From Octopus sinensis (taxonomy: Eukaryota): a DNA stretch of 64,000 bases. Made by a program: the position numbers and the translations under genes. The stretch lies in NCBI RefSeq assembly GCF_006345805.1, contig NC_043000.1:105896001-105960000 (forward strand), written 5' to 3'. Positions 51,701 through 60,709 of this stretch are shown one piece after another; position 1 is the stretch's first letter; every line of letters starts with the position of its first letter. The notes beneath the pieces are model-generated. The model had not been told where the DNA came from and made no database searches. It worked only from the letters and a program-made list of their open reading frames with translations.

Positions 51701-54700
51701 ATACAGGTACAACAGAAACAGGAAGTAAGAGTGAGAGAAAGTTGTGGTGAAAGAGTACAGCAGGGATCACCACCATCCCCTCGTGGAGCTTTAGGTGTTT
51801 TCGCTCAATAAACACTCACAATGCCCGGTCTGGGAATCGAAACTGTGATCCTATGACCGCGAGTCCGCTGCCCTAACCACTGGGCCATTGCGCCTCCACT
51901 ATGTGGATATACCACAGTGTTCTGTTAGCTTTTCTTTAGGACCCTAAAAAATTGTCTAATTTAAACATGAGAGCCAAGAAATTAACTATTGTTAGGCGTG
52001 CCTCCACTAATTTAGAAAATCTGAGGTTCTTTAAGAATTGGTGATCTTTCCAGAACCAATCAGTGGTTAATCCATTGTCTCTGAATAATTTACGGGAGAT
52101 GAAGTTGAAGTTCACCTGTAAGGAGTGTAAAACATTTAATCAACGATGTCACCTATTTCTGCAGAATCCTTGGCTCCCATACTCACATCAAAGGTCTCAA
52201 CATTATACCATTTTTACCCATGTGGTGTTATTGTAAAGGAGAAATTTTTCTGGTGTATAATCTGATCTCAGCATCAATAAATGCAGAGCTCTATCTTCCT
52301 TCTGTTTACCTATATTCCCTTATATGCAGTATTTCTTCCTTTTCTTACTGTTCTTCCCTCTGTCCCTTCCAGCATCTCAGTCTGCTTCATTGAGTGTTGG
52401 GTGACTGCTGACTATTACCATATCTCTCCCTCTACATTTGACAATCTCCTAGTTCTCTTAGCAATATTTTCTACTCTCTTCCACCTCTCTCAGCAGTCCT
52501 AACCATTTTTGACAATGACAGAAAGAGGAATAAATAAATATATAAATGAAAACTTAGACACATTACTTAACATATATATTAGAAGCTCCTGGCAATGCCT
52601 GGGTATCAAAGATAAAGATATATACATAGATAATTACATATAGATATACCCCTAAACATATATAACAGCATGATTAACTGAAGCAGAACCCACCCACCCG
52701 AAAAAATAAAAAGCAAACATACACAAATATATACTGAGTTGCAAACAAAAACTTTAGTAACTTAATCTTCATAGTGGATTCCATTTCTAGAAACTCATCT
52801 ATATTACATTTCAATTAACCCACTACTCTTGGTTTTCCTTACCACTTAAAGAAAAAAAATCATAAACACCCAAATTCATGCCAGTTTCTTATAAAACAGG
52901 GTTGGTGACAAAAAGAGTAATGGGCAGTAAAAAATCTGCATCAATGTTCATCTGACCCATGCAAACATGGAAAAGTAAATATAAAATGATAATGATGATA
53001 TATAAAAGATTAAAGGAAGATTGAAAAAGAATTTGACATCAAATGAGTGTACTACCACCATCATCACTATCTGTCTCCTCCCTCTCTTTGTATTTGTCTT
53101 TCTCTTCATCTTTCTATTCCACTATTCCAGAGAGAAATAGTGAGAAAGAGAAATTGACATAACTACTCTGTTACAACTTTCCAGTTTTAATGTTCACTTC
53201 ATTAAACACCAATAATAACTACTGTTTTCTCTATTTCCTAATCTATTGTCTACTGGGTCATCCCATAAATAATGCGTTTTTTTTATACTTTTATTTTTCA
53301 AAATTAAGATAAAATAGTTCTTTTTTAATCTAAAATATACTCTCCATTTTCTACAATGCTCTTCCATTTATCTGGTAGACTTGCAAGACCCCCTCTTCCT
53401 CAATTCACTTGTCCGCGACGAAAAATACTCCTCCAGTACTGTTCTGACCATGTCAACAGAATTCATATATTTCTGTCCAAATGATTTTGAAGATTGCAGA
53501 ATAAATGATAACCAGATGGGGCAATGTCTGGCAAATATAGTGGATTGGGCATTGTTTCACATTCAAACTGCTCCAGCCTTTGGAATGTCATCCTCATTGT
53601 ATGTGGCTAAGCATTATCCTGATGGAAGAAAACTTTTTGTCTTGAAACCAAAGATGGCTGGTTTTCTTCTACCGCTGACTTAAATTGTTCAAGCTGCTCA
53701 CAGTAGATTTCCTTTGTTATCATTTGGTTTGGGTTTAAAGGTTCAAAGTGGACTAAACCTTTCATATCCCACCAAACAGATAACACCATATGTGGGTGAA
53801 GACCTTATTTAGCCTGTGGTGTTAGTGTTTCTCCTTTCCCTACATTGCTTGACATTTTTATAGAGAATCCATTTCTCATCACCAGTCCCTATTCGGTCCA
53901 AAAAAGGTTCATTCATGAAATGTAACAGCAAAGAAGAGTACACATTCACTCTCTGCATGCGATTAGACTCGGAAACCACTGTGAGGAACCCACTGACCCA
54001 ATTTGCTGATTTTTCTGATGGCACACAGGTGTCAACAAATGGCTGAATGACCAAGCTTCTCTGCTAGTTCCTCAACAGTTATGATGGATTTTGTTCCACC
54101 AGGGTTTGCATGATGTCCTCGTTGAGCTCAACAGATCTTCCAGGATGAAGCTCATCTTCTAGGTTGTAGTTTCTGGAACCACCATTGACACTGGTTCATG
54201 GTTATTGTACAATCCCCATATACTACATTAATATTTTTTGCGCTGTTGCCTTTATAAAGCAAAATATGCTGAATATGCTATTTTGTCACTTCCACAATAG
54301 CTTTGGAAAAAAAAACAACTTAAAATCAAACTACCTGCTTTTATAGCAAGTTGATGCAGATAGTTTATTCTGTCCCCCTCTGACTTTTTAGTTCATGCAA
54401 TTGAAAAAACTGCATTATTTATGGGAGGACTTAATGCCGTGCATTCTGTAATGAACAGTAGATAAGAGAAAAACCTCTCCTTAGATAACTCACCAGTCTT
54501 AGGCAAATAACTTTCTCAGATCTGGCAAAGTTAATAACTTGCAATCCTGCATATAAATATGTGAAAAGAGAGAGGTGGGATTAACCCAGTAACGCCTAAA
54601 TTCTAGGTACAAAAAAAAAAAAAAAAAAAAAAAAAGTTATTGGTTTATTTCTTCTCCAGCTCTTTTAAAGACAAGGGGTAAGTTTGATGCAAACAAACTT

Positions 54701-57620
54701 CTAACACATGCACACACACAGATATATAATTTTTTCTCAACATGTTTTATGTATGTTGAATGATATACTTTTGTGTGTGTATACAAGCAGTCCTCAAGAT
54801 TTGCCAGTTCATATTTTGTACTCTGCAGACTTTTGAAAGTGTGAAGAACACAACAATCAAAAGTCTTGACTGCCTCAGTGTGTGGTTGTGTGCATAATTC
54901 AAAGGCCAAATATTCTGCTATTACTGTTTTAACATCCACCTTTCCATATCTGCATGGGTTGGATGGAATTTGTTGTGGTAGATTTTCAATAGTCAGATGC
55001 CCTTCCTGTTGCCAACCCTAACCAATGTCTAAGCAAGGTATTTTTCCTGGTGTTCAGAAGATTGGAAATAAACAATACTTGTATAGTGATGACGATGCTT
55101 GTTTACAACTATCATATGTCAAGCCATGGAGACACAAATATACATACACATACATCAGGGGTCGACAAACTGGGGTAAATTACCCTAAGTGGAGCGAAAA
55201 TGAAATTCTTGTGGGTAATGAGGATTCATTAGACATAAGTAAAATTATATAAAAAACGAGTTCCTTCAATAAACCTTTTGAATTCAAAGAAGCTATGATT
55301 TTCTCCCTTTCAAATTAAGGGGGTAACGTTGGTGTTAATAAATATATTTTGGGTTAATTGGTTCAAAAAGTTCCCTGATCATTGACATACATTTTTACAG
55401 TTTCTGTTTACCAAACCCACTCACAAAGTTTTGGTTGGATCAAGTATATAGCAAAAAAAGACTTGCCCAAAGTTAGACACAGTAGAACTGAACATGAAAT
55501 CATGTGACTGGGAAGTAAACTCCTTAACCACACAACCAAGCCTGCACCAAATATTATGCTTGTATGCAGTAGTGTTGTCCAAACATAGATAAACTTTAGA
55601 GTTTGCCCAAGCTTTCAATTATGTTGATATTTTGTTTCTTGTGAGAGAGTCACAAATTAGCAATAAATGTATTTAAGTTTAAATATCCTGAAATGAAATC
55701 CTATCCCACCCCACTCCAAATACAAATTCCCAACACATGACCACACCAGTTCAGCCATTGTATCAATAATTGTGAAAACCCACAAAAAAAGTAAATAAAA
55801 TAAAAAAAAAAATTACCTGACAGCTGAAGAAAATATGTTATAACAATATAAGCTAGTGAGACCATGATTGCTATGACAGAAGACCACCAAATACTGGCAC
55901 CACATCGCCAACGATGCACCTAAAAGTAAAAGACAAAAAAAGACAAGTCTCTGAATTACATGTGGCTGAGTTAAAAAACAACTTAACACACAAACCAATT
56001 AAGCAATTTTTTTCAAGGTAATGAACAGACATCAATTTTTAATCCTTTTGTTACCATATTTCTGTTAAAATACGTTGTTTTTGTTTCAATTGATTTAGAA
56101 AATAATGAAGAATGTGGTAAAATTATCTGTTAAGATGGTGATTAGAACAAGGAAATATTTGGTGCATGTGCACACACACACACATGTAGAAAACAAATTA
56201 AGAGAAAATAACTCAAAATGGGTCTGTGACATGAATTTTGAAGGGGAGTGTATTGAATGTTGTACATGATAAATTTCTAATTTCTTTTAAAGTGCCTTTG
56301 CAGACAGAGGAAGTAAATAAAAACCTAGTGGTGATTGTGATAAAACTCTGAATGTTGGGGAGATAATTTCAAAAAGGAATTAAAAATATTTCTTAATGAA
56401 TTATCATGCTGGGAAAAAAATGACTATCTGAATTTCATTTAAAAAGCAAGGGACAACTAGACTTCAAAACAAAAAATCATTAACCATTCATTAAGAAATA
56501 TTAATTTATTCAAATTATCTCTCCTACTTATTAGAATTGTTAAGTTTTGTTTATCTTCGTTGAACATCATAGGAATTAAAAAAAATTATACCACTGCTTG
56601 CCATTTAGATGCTACTGATAATATTGACCTACAACAAACTTAGATATAACTATAATGAGTGTTTGTATTTGGCATGAGATCAGAAGCAAGCAATCAGTGG
56701 GCCAAGTCTATGAACTTTGGTCATCAGCCTTGATCAAGAAGATCCATTACTTTTTTAACAAAACATTCATTTAGCCAGGTGTTAGCTGCAGGTCAATTCT
56801 GATTGAGCAGATGCATGATCAAAAGCACTGTGCCCAAGTTGAGCCTGTCTTTTTAGGGCTAATTAAGGCTGTCTTTCCCAAGATGAGTGTGATTTAAGGA
56901 AGATTTGGCTGTTACCTTCAGCAGGTTGAGTTACTACACACAGACGTTTCCTTCTAACAGATCGATGCACATTTTTGATTTCAGAGGTCCTCACAATCTG
57001 GTTTTGATTGTTGGTCATTTTAGGAGTAGTTAAGGCCACTTCATTTCAATTACATTAGTTAATACTCTTTGGATAGGCATAAACACTTGGGTTTCATACT
57101 TCAAGCCTCTCCACCAAAAATATCCCATGCCTCAAGATTATATTGAAAACAAAGTTTAGAAGCCAGTTTTGATTTCAAGAATGTGAAGTTATCACTTAAA
57201 TTACAATGCTAATACCATTGCTGCTTCTACCTTGAGAAAAGCATGAATAGTACAACTTCAAAATCTCCCCATCTCTCCCAGAGCCAATAAAGATAAGTTT
57301 ATGTGCCAAAAGTGTCATGCAGAAGCCATCAAGACAGAACCTCTACATAATTGCTAGACCTGCTATTAATAAACAGGAGCAAAATCTCCTTCAAAGAACA
57401 CAATCAAGGATAGTAAATACCAAAGTAAGTTATTCTTGAAAATAAATCAGAATTACTATGGTTTGAATGCCTTTGATAACTTTGCTTGTTAAGTACTGAC
57501 CTGGGATTAAACAAGAAAAGTTACACAGAAAGAGATATTTACTTCCTGAGTATACCAACTATGTGCAACATATTTTTCTTTAGTTTTGTTGACTGGTGAA
57601 TTATTTTCTCTTCTTTTCAT
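21087..57620 (-). CDS. NDC1: Nucleoporin NDC1 (TMEM48), 17 coding exons, 582 aa: complement(join(21087..21150,22978..23132,28367..28467,29606..29720,31812..31867,33574..33621,34144..34308,36301..36382,38775..38867,39522..39654,40354..40402,41836..41944,42634..42757,45707..45878,46458..46559,55817..55919,57543..57620))
   Basis: Exons found by hand translation. All have GT-AG boundaries and compatible phases, and they sum to 1749 nt with no internal stop. Motifs match NDC1 as I recall it, in the right order: RWR..ASIWWS, VVPQI...RL, YLN...LFLL, YLGFLDL..LSRFS..RRQVLFS..PGCHP.NW, HIWAVEALSRLVAASYAED.LG.VQ..LP.IL, AFRSALKSAIYRI..TFG, QRRLKLFLEYKE-stop. The hydrophobic N-terminal half fits the multi-pass membrane domain. 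Confidence 0.95.
21330..21622 (+). mobile_element. Family C SINE in NDC1 intron 16
   Basis: ctgtaaagtggtt..ggaagggcatcca (twice) ..ccatgccagtgtggaagatggatattaaatgatgatgat. Confidence 0.75.
22250..22590 (-). mobile_element. Composite SINE A+B in NDC1 intron 16
   Basis: ttttacttgtt.cagtcatt..tagtacttattctatc..ggttggcccgaggctatagtagaaggcacttacccaagg..gactgaacctggaaccatg. Confidence 0.8.
22978..23132 (-). CDS. NDC1: NDC1 exon 16, NVERHFKLTSTLGRRSLTGVNCSHDLALRHAFRSALKSAIYRIVDTFGKCV
   Basis: Acceptor tttttatatcttag, donor CAT|gtaagt, 155 nt, phase 0 to 2. Confidence 0.95.
23264..23696. mobile_element. TTAA-flanked MITE with a second TTAA MITE (23418-23636) nested in it
   Basis: Outer: TTAA|tccttatgttactatatttctg ... 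ggcatcaaaagag|TTAA (related start at about 56040). Inner: TTAA|tcctttagcatt ... aatgctaaaggg|TTAA. Confidence 0.75.
24190..24410 (+). mobile_element. tRNA-derived SINE
   Basis: A/B-box-like head (agtggttagggtg..ggtttcgattcc), then tgtgtccttgagcaaaacactt..gctccagtccactcagctggcaaaaatgagta. Confidence 0.8.
24805..25973 (+). mobile_element. Probable degenerate non-autonomous Helitron, interrupted near its 3' end by a Tc1-type MITE
   Basis: 5' end tcctatatatatctataactgagaatgtgtgtctg resembles the Helitron starts at 26717 and 58569; eroded 3' end gtagcattgttagt. Confidence 0.45.
25500..25954. mobile_element. Tc1/mariner-type MITE
   Basis: TA|cagggtgtcccagaa ... ttctggaacactcta|TA imperfect TIRs. 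Confidence 0.7.
26717..28198 (+). mobile_element. Helitron remnant with internal minisatellite and a PIF1 helicase C-terminal pseudogene (about 27490-28035)
   Basis: Broken translation DQAVQYPAEFLNTLKPTGMSPHN.TLKLDAPIMLL..RLCNGIRL..MKPHVLQATIITGSHKGENVFI..FEFNRLQF.VKLSFGISINISQSQSL..CFSHSQLYV..VGSSTNLFI..NIVYPEVL. The 3' end has an eroded hairpin and CTAG|T at 28195-28199. Confidence 0.88.
28367..28467 (-). CDS. NDC1: NDC1 exon 15, (A)LSRLVAASYAEDTLGIVQQNLPEILNVLVSLYE
   Basis: Acceptor tcttactgtag, donor GAG|gtaaat, 101 nt, phase 1 to 0, diagnostic LVAAS..ED..G.VQ..LP motif. Confidence 0.95.
29606..29720 (-). CDS. NDC1: NDC1 exon 14, ILEVLKKKPVFGYFLRELPDAAPRKLFSSVQIHIWAVE
   Basis: Acceptor ttgtttag, donor AAG|gtaaga, 115 nt, phase 0 to 1, Q.HIWA.E motif. 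Confidence 0.92.
31812..31867 (-). CDS. NDC1: NDC1 exon 13, (V)TGTSLREERPIKVSLQTK
   Basis: Acceptor tttttctatcttcag, donor AAG|gtataa, 56 nt, phase 1 to 0. Needed to restore phase before exon 14. Confidence 0.8.
31925..32045 (-). mobile_element. Family C SINE fragment in NDC1 intron 12
   Basis: taacgtccactctccatactggtatgggttagacag..gctgcaccaggttccagtcc..ctggatgcccttcctaac. Confidence 0.75.
33574..33621 (-). CDS. NDC1: NDC1 exon 12, (R)YLKPTSLGHMSLNES
   Basis: Strong acceptor ttttctgtttttccag, donor CAG|gtattg, 48 nt, phase 1 to 1. It lies in the poorly conserved linker, so support is from splice signals and frame only. Confidence 0.7.
34144..34308 (-). CDS. NDC1: NDC1 exon 11, (G)CHPKNWSQIYHICLENLRQLKDATQEFNHNAFVQAAIPQQNTPNWLHNSSLSAS
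   Basis: Acceptor atatttctag, donor GTC|gtgagt, 165 nt, phase 1 to 1, HP.NW motif. Confidence 0.92.
34826..34978 (+). mobile_element. Family C SINE in NDC1 intron 10
   Basis: ggcattaggaagggtatccagctgtagaaac..gcggatgttaaacgacaatgatgatg. Confidence 0.8.
35229..36073 (-). mobile_element. IS630-Tc1-mariner remnant of DD37D (maT) type
   Basis: Minus strand MFGLITSDGNVIPTFIFP.GLRLNTEVYIKCLE..RPYVW*QDSAPCHINKRTESWLSDNFCNHTTPNIWPPNS(P)GCYPLDNYMWG; 37 residues between the second and third acidic residue once a 1-nt frameshift is corrected. Eroded TIR gagggtgcaatgggtaaattgtc. Confidence 0.8.
36301..36382 (-). CDS. NDC1: NDC1 exon 10, YLGFLDLFQLSRFSFNRRQVLFSATFP
   Basis: Acceptor tatctgcag, donor CAG|gtatga, 82 nt, phase 0 to 1. 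Confidence 0.94.
36895..37255 (+). mobile_element. RTE LINE remnant (endonuclease and linker pieces)
   Basis: IFWEGNSDGVGGMDILLAEK and RRIWKLK..KFRDILIEKFDE..EDNWEFLRDSL..ICG..RVIWW. Confidence 0.65.
38775..38867 (-). CDS. NDC1: NDC1 exon 9, SYEFRIEPGLDHLSDKCLHNALSCKSNPWIQ
   Basis: Acceptor tttttctgcttag, donor CAG|gtaaat, 93 nt, phase 0 to 0. Confidence 0.92.
39522..39654 (-). CDS. NDC1: NDC1 exon 8, (C)PETSLSSVQSLLQPELFLQSFFLGTYMYFIWHLAAVLLRTYLTE
   Basis: Acceptor tttctctgcag, donor GAG|gtatgt, 133 nt, phase 2 to 0. Confidence 0.92.
40354..40402 (-). CDS. NDC1: NDC1 exon 7, (G)HLPRDLTAHLCRLSI
   Basis: Acceptor cttttctttattag, donor CTG|gtaata, 49 nt, phase 1 to 2. It bridges exons 6 and 8, which are otherwise phase-incompatible. 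Confidence 0.88.
40790..41580. repeat. Tandem plus inverted arrangement of an ~345-bp unit in NDC1 intron 6
   Basis: Direct units at about 40792 and 41136; 41378-41580 is an inverted copy of about 40953-41165; perfect 21-bp inverted pair at 41345-41365 / 41518-41538. Confidence 0.85.
41836..41944 (-). CDS. NDC1: NDC1 exon 6, QAKFFQVKSQLVPVLFESAAQIFKQLLGFYLIFYFL
   Basis: Acceptor tcttttccag, donor TTG|gtaagt, 109 nt, phase 0 to 1. Confidence 0.93.
42634..42757 (-). CDS. NDC1: NDC1 exon 5, (S)PAIYLNDNKLFLLTAAIYHGLLFHLRFYRNQYNYTPFKIIQ
   Basis: Acceptor ttcttccag, donor CAG|gtaagt, 124 nt, phase 2 to 0. Confidence 0.93.
45231..45363. repeat. 45-bp-arm hairpin (44/45 match, 43-nt loop) in NDC1 intron 4
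   Basis: atctatacaataatatgttacattacttgatagtcaagataaaac (45231-45275) against its reverse complement at 45319-45363. Confidence 0.93.
45503..45672 (-). mobile_element. Young, 5'-truncated tRNA-derived SINE (family D), 35 nt past the exon 4 donor
   Basis: CpG-rich gttccgagttcaaattccgccgaggtcgacttggcctttcatcctctcggggtcgataaa; older copies near 17370, 49970, 58385, 60260 and 61230-61620. Confidence 0.85.
45707..45878 (-). CDS. NDC1: NDC1 exon 4, (V)VPQISTTRLSNVLEFFRIQYILQGFIYTISSMLITVFASWIMKDSFSTLAVPCSED
   Basis: Acceptor tttaaacag, donor TAG|gtaaag, 172 nt, phase 1 to 2. Confidence 0.92.
46458..46559 (-). CDS. NDC1: NDC1 exon 3, (D)YFGAYFTLRALCFTILAVSLHAILAVYNSLHYT
   Basis: Acceptor tttatttttag, donor CAG|gtaagt, 102 nt, phase 1 to 1, hydrophobic TM segment. 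Confidence 0.9.
51525..51899 (-). mobile_element. Full-length young tRNA-derived SINE with an 11-bp target-site duplication
   Basis: Head gtggaggcgcaatggcccagtggttagggcagcggactcgcggtcataggatcacagtttcgattccc (A and B boxes); TSD tatgtggatat at 51514-51524 and 51900-51910. Confidence 0.9.
52010..52285 (-). mobile_element. Penelope-like retroelement reverse transcriptase remnant
   Basis: Frameshifted translation RK.LLYNNTTWVK..FDVSMGAKDSAEIGDIV..KLFRDNGL, matching the pattern RKSLLF..WVK..FDVTMGSYDGAE.CELVG..GLYRDDGL of Penelope-like RTs as I recall it. Confidence 0.7.
53253..54434 (-). mobile_element. Mariner transposon, pseudogenised, in NDC1 intron 2
   Basis: TA|ctgggtcatcccataaataatgcg ... 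tgcattatttatgggaggacttaa TIRs; RIGTGDEKWILYKN, VLSVWWDMKG, KVFFHQDNA (track ORFs 53809..54054 and 53607..53789). Confidence 0.92.
55817..55919 (-). CDS. NDC1: NDC1 exon 2, VHRWRCGASIWWSSVIAIMVSLAYIVITYFLQLS
   Basis: Acceptor cttttacttttag, donor CAG|gtaatt, 103 nt, phase 0 to 1, conserved WR..ASI.WS motif. Confidence 0.92.
57543..57620 (-). CDS. NDC1: NDC1 exon 1 (coding part), MKRRENNSPVNKTKEKYVAHSWYTQE
   Basis: Donor GAA|gtaaat at 57542, phase 0, giving WYTQE|VHRWR. The ATG at 57620 is a plausible start, but the frame stays open upstream, so the true start and any 5' UTR exon are uncertain. Confidence 0.65.
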
Positions 57621-57959
57621 TAGTTTCCAAGTAACTGATTGATAAACAAGCAAGTAACTACAGCAGGACAGAAATAGCCAGTGACCATACAAGTTTATCA
57701 TAAGCACACACACTACATATTATATTTTATGTGTCAATGATAGTATTTGTCTAAATGTAAATAAAGCTGTGTGTACAAATATCATATATACATATGTACA
57801 ACTCACACATGCAAGTGTATATCACACACACACACACACACTGAAATTGATTATTCTCGTTTGACACTTTGTAAAATGTTAAAGAAATTTTTTTTCTGAG
57901 AAAATAAAGCTTTCAAGACAGCCTTAGGAACACAAGCAGTATGTTAGTCTGATGATTAA

Positions 57960-58276
57960 CACTGGTTCTCAATCTTTTTGACTTGTAGTGGCACACTGGA
58001 GATCAAACTATCAAGACAAAAAAAAATTTACTAGCACACTTTACATGGAAAGTTAAAGAAACAAACTGTTATTAAAGTTTAAGTTTTATGAAGAAATGTT
58101 GAAAACTATCGCTTATAATGCTATATAAATCATATGACAGCAAAATTAACAATAATGTGGTTTTCAAGACACTCAAGCATTAGACTGGAATTTCTAAACC
58201 TTTTTAAATTCCAGAGTACACCTAGATAGCTTTTTGATGTACCACTGCACTCTAGCATACTGTTTGAGAACCACCA
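57960..58276. mobile_element. Old hAT-like MITE
   Basis: cactggttctcaa ... ttgagaaccacca, resembling CAGTGGTTCTCAA TIRs; no 8-bp TSD seen. Confidence 0.5.
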
Positions 58277-58568
58277 TTCTAGGGAATTTACTTCTGTATT
58301 CTACTTATTTTGATGACCTTAGAAAGATGACAGGATAAGTTAACTAACTAGAAGGATGAACTGAAACAGCAGTATAATACTGACTTCAAATTTTGGCACA
58401 AGGCCAACAATTTTGGTACTTATTTTATCAACTGTGAAAGGATGAAAGGCAAAGTTGATCATGGAAGAATTTGAACTGAAAATGTGAAGACTGATGAAAG
58501 ACTGCTAACTATTTTGCCCAGCATTTTAATAATTTTGCCAGCTCATTGCCTTAATCAATGATATGATA

Positions 58569-59071
58569 TCTATATATATAAAACTGTAGTTGTGTGAGTG
58601 TCTGTCCCCTTCGATTTAGATTCCTAACTACTCCCACATTTTGCGGTGCAGTTTAACCAAAACAGGGTATCTTATAGTCGTGATTCATATCGAGCCCGTC
58701 TGGGTATTAGCGCGCATCTACGATGAGTCTATGATTTTAAAAATAATTTAACAATTTTTTATTCCATTTTAATGCATATTTTTTCGTGTCGATGGCGGCG
58801 GAGTTGGCGTCCACGCTCACACCTGTTTGCTTCTCCCCCTTCTTCCCTCCCTCGTGAAGCTGTGGGGAAGGGAGTGTAAGGAAATCAACGTCCTAAAGCG
58901 TTGTCAAGGAGACCAGCGTTCTTTTAGAACAACGACTTCATGGCTTGAAGACACCAAAATTACCATCATTTTTTATTCCATTTTTAATGCATTTTTTTGC
59001 TATGACTCACTAAAAATGCTTATATAGTTATTTCCCTTACAAACCCGAGCAACGCCGGGCGATACTGCTAG
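58569..59071 (+). mobile_element. Young non-autonomous Helitron
   Basis: A|TC start (tctatatatataaaactg), 3' hairpin cccgagcaacgccggg, CTAG|T end, no TSD, CpG retained. Confidence 0.92.
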
Positions 59072-60466
59072 TTGACTTATACATTCAGTAGTGGATTTTC
59101 CAAGGTGAATTATGTCTCAAAGACAGTGGAACAAGAGCAGGTATCTTGCTGAAGAAGTGAATACAAACCTTGCCCATCTGGGGATGGGCGGTAGGGGAGA
59201 GATATGTGAAGTCAAGGTACAAGGTGAACTTGAAAGACAAAATAGGATAAACAGAAAAGGTGAATGAGTAGGTAGCCGAGCTGGAGTGAGAGTAACATGA
59301 TAAAGTGACTATTACATTACATACCATGTCTACCCACCCACACAATTTGTTCCTGAAGGTCATTTGTCACCTGAAATGTTTGTAAACCAAAACTATTTTT
59401 CCCATAGAAAATTCATGAGGCATGGTGAATTCGAGCAGGGATGTGCACTGATGCTCTCCTGTTGATACCCTCACCTTGTCACTAACAGTTGTTGCTGACT
59501 TGTATGTTCATTATTTTAAGACACTGTTTATCACCCAAGACATTTTATGTTTGAAAAATTGTTTGTAAACAGAGCTTCCAGTAGACATGCCACACATTCA
59601 CACACACATACAATGGGTTTTTCCACGATTTCTGTTTATCAAATACACTCACAAGGCATTTGTAGGCCTAGGGCTACAGTAGAAGACACTTGCCTAAAAC
59701 CACACGGTTGCAAAGTGAGCTTCTTAACCACACAGTCATGTCTGCACCAACATAAAGGAAAAAAAATGTTATTCATTGCTGTGATGTAGAATAAACTGCA
59801 ATAGTTTGAGCAAGTTGCATTGCTTTTGCCACCTAGCTTGTTTATTTTAGAAGTTTTCATGGTAGTAACATTAAAAGCAAACAACATAATGGTGTAAACA
59901 GGATCTATTGGATGTGTAATGTTAACCAACATAAAATGTAGAGCACATTTGAGCTAGGCATGAAAATCTGGCACTAGTAGTGATAGTAATGGTTTCTAAT
60001 TTAGGTAGAAGTCCAGCAATTTTAAAAGGAAGGGCTGGACTTAATGGTTACTGCCAACCTTGGCCTGATTTGAACTCAGACATAACTAAATATTGCAAGA
60101 TATTTTATCAGACTCAATCAACCCTGCTGAGTTGAAATCCACAGATTCTCGGAAAGAAAGGATACAGACAAAGCTGAGATGTTTGAAACTGGAATGCAAA
60201 AAGCTGGAAGAAATATCACAAAGGCAGTTTTTCTTTGATGCTTTAAAGATTCTGCCAGGTTTGAAATTTTGGCATGAGGCCAGCAATTTTTGGAGAGGGA
60301 GTAAGTCAATTACATCAACCCCAGTGCTCAACTGGTACTTATTTTATCAACCTGAAAGGATGACAGGCAAAATTCATCTATGCAGAAATGCCGCTAAGCA
60401 TGTTACCCAGTATGCTAATAATTTCCAGTTTGATGCCTTATATAATAATAATGATAATAATGATCA

Positions 60467-60709
60467 TCATCATCATCATCATCATCGTTTAACGTCCGTT
60501 TTCCACGCTAGCACGGGTTGGACGGTTTCGACCGGGGTCTGGGGAGCTAGGGACTGCCCCAGGCTCCAGTCTAGTCTGGCAGTGTTTCTACAGCTGGATG
60601 CCCTTCCTAACGCCAACCACTCCGCGAGTGTAGTGGGTGTTTTTTACGTGCCACCTGCACAGGTGCCAGAGGGGTCTGGCATCGGCCACGTTCGGATGGT
60701 GCTTTTTAT
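60467..60709 (-). mobile_element. Young family C SINE
   Basis: (cat)n cgtttaacgtccgttttccacgctagcacgggttggacgg..gatggtgctttttatg. Confidence 0.88.

Noticed and set aside
51826-51899. tRNA gene on the minus strand
   Set aside because: The tRNA-like head runs into a 300-bp SINE body, the whole element is flanked by an 11-bp TSD, and there is no proper acceptor stem or T-run terminator.
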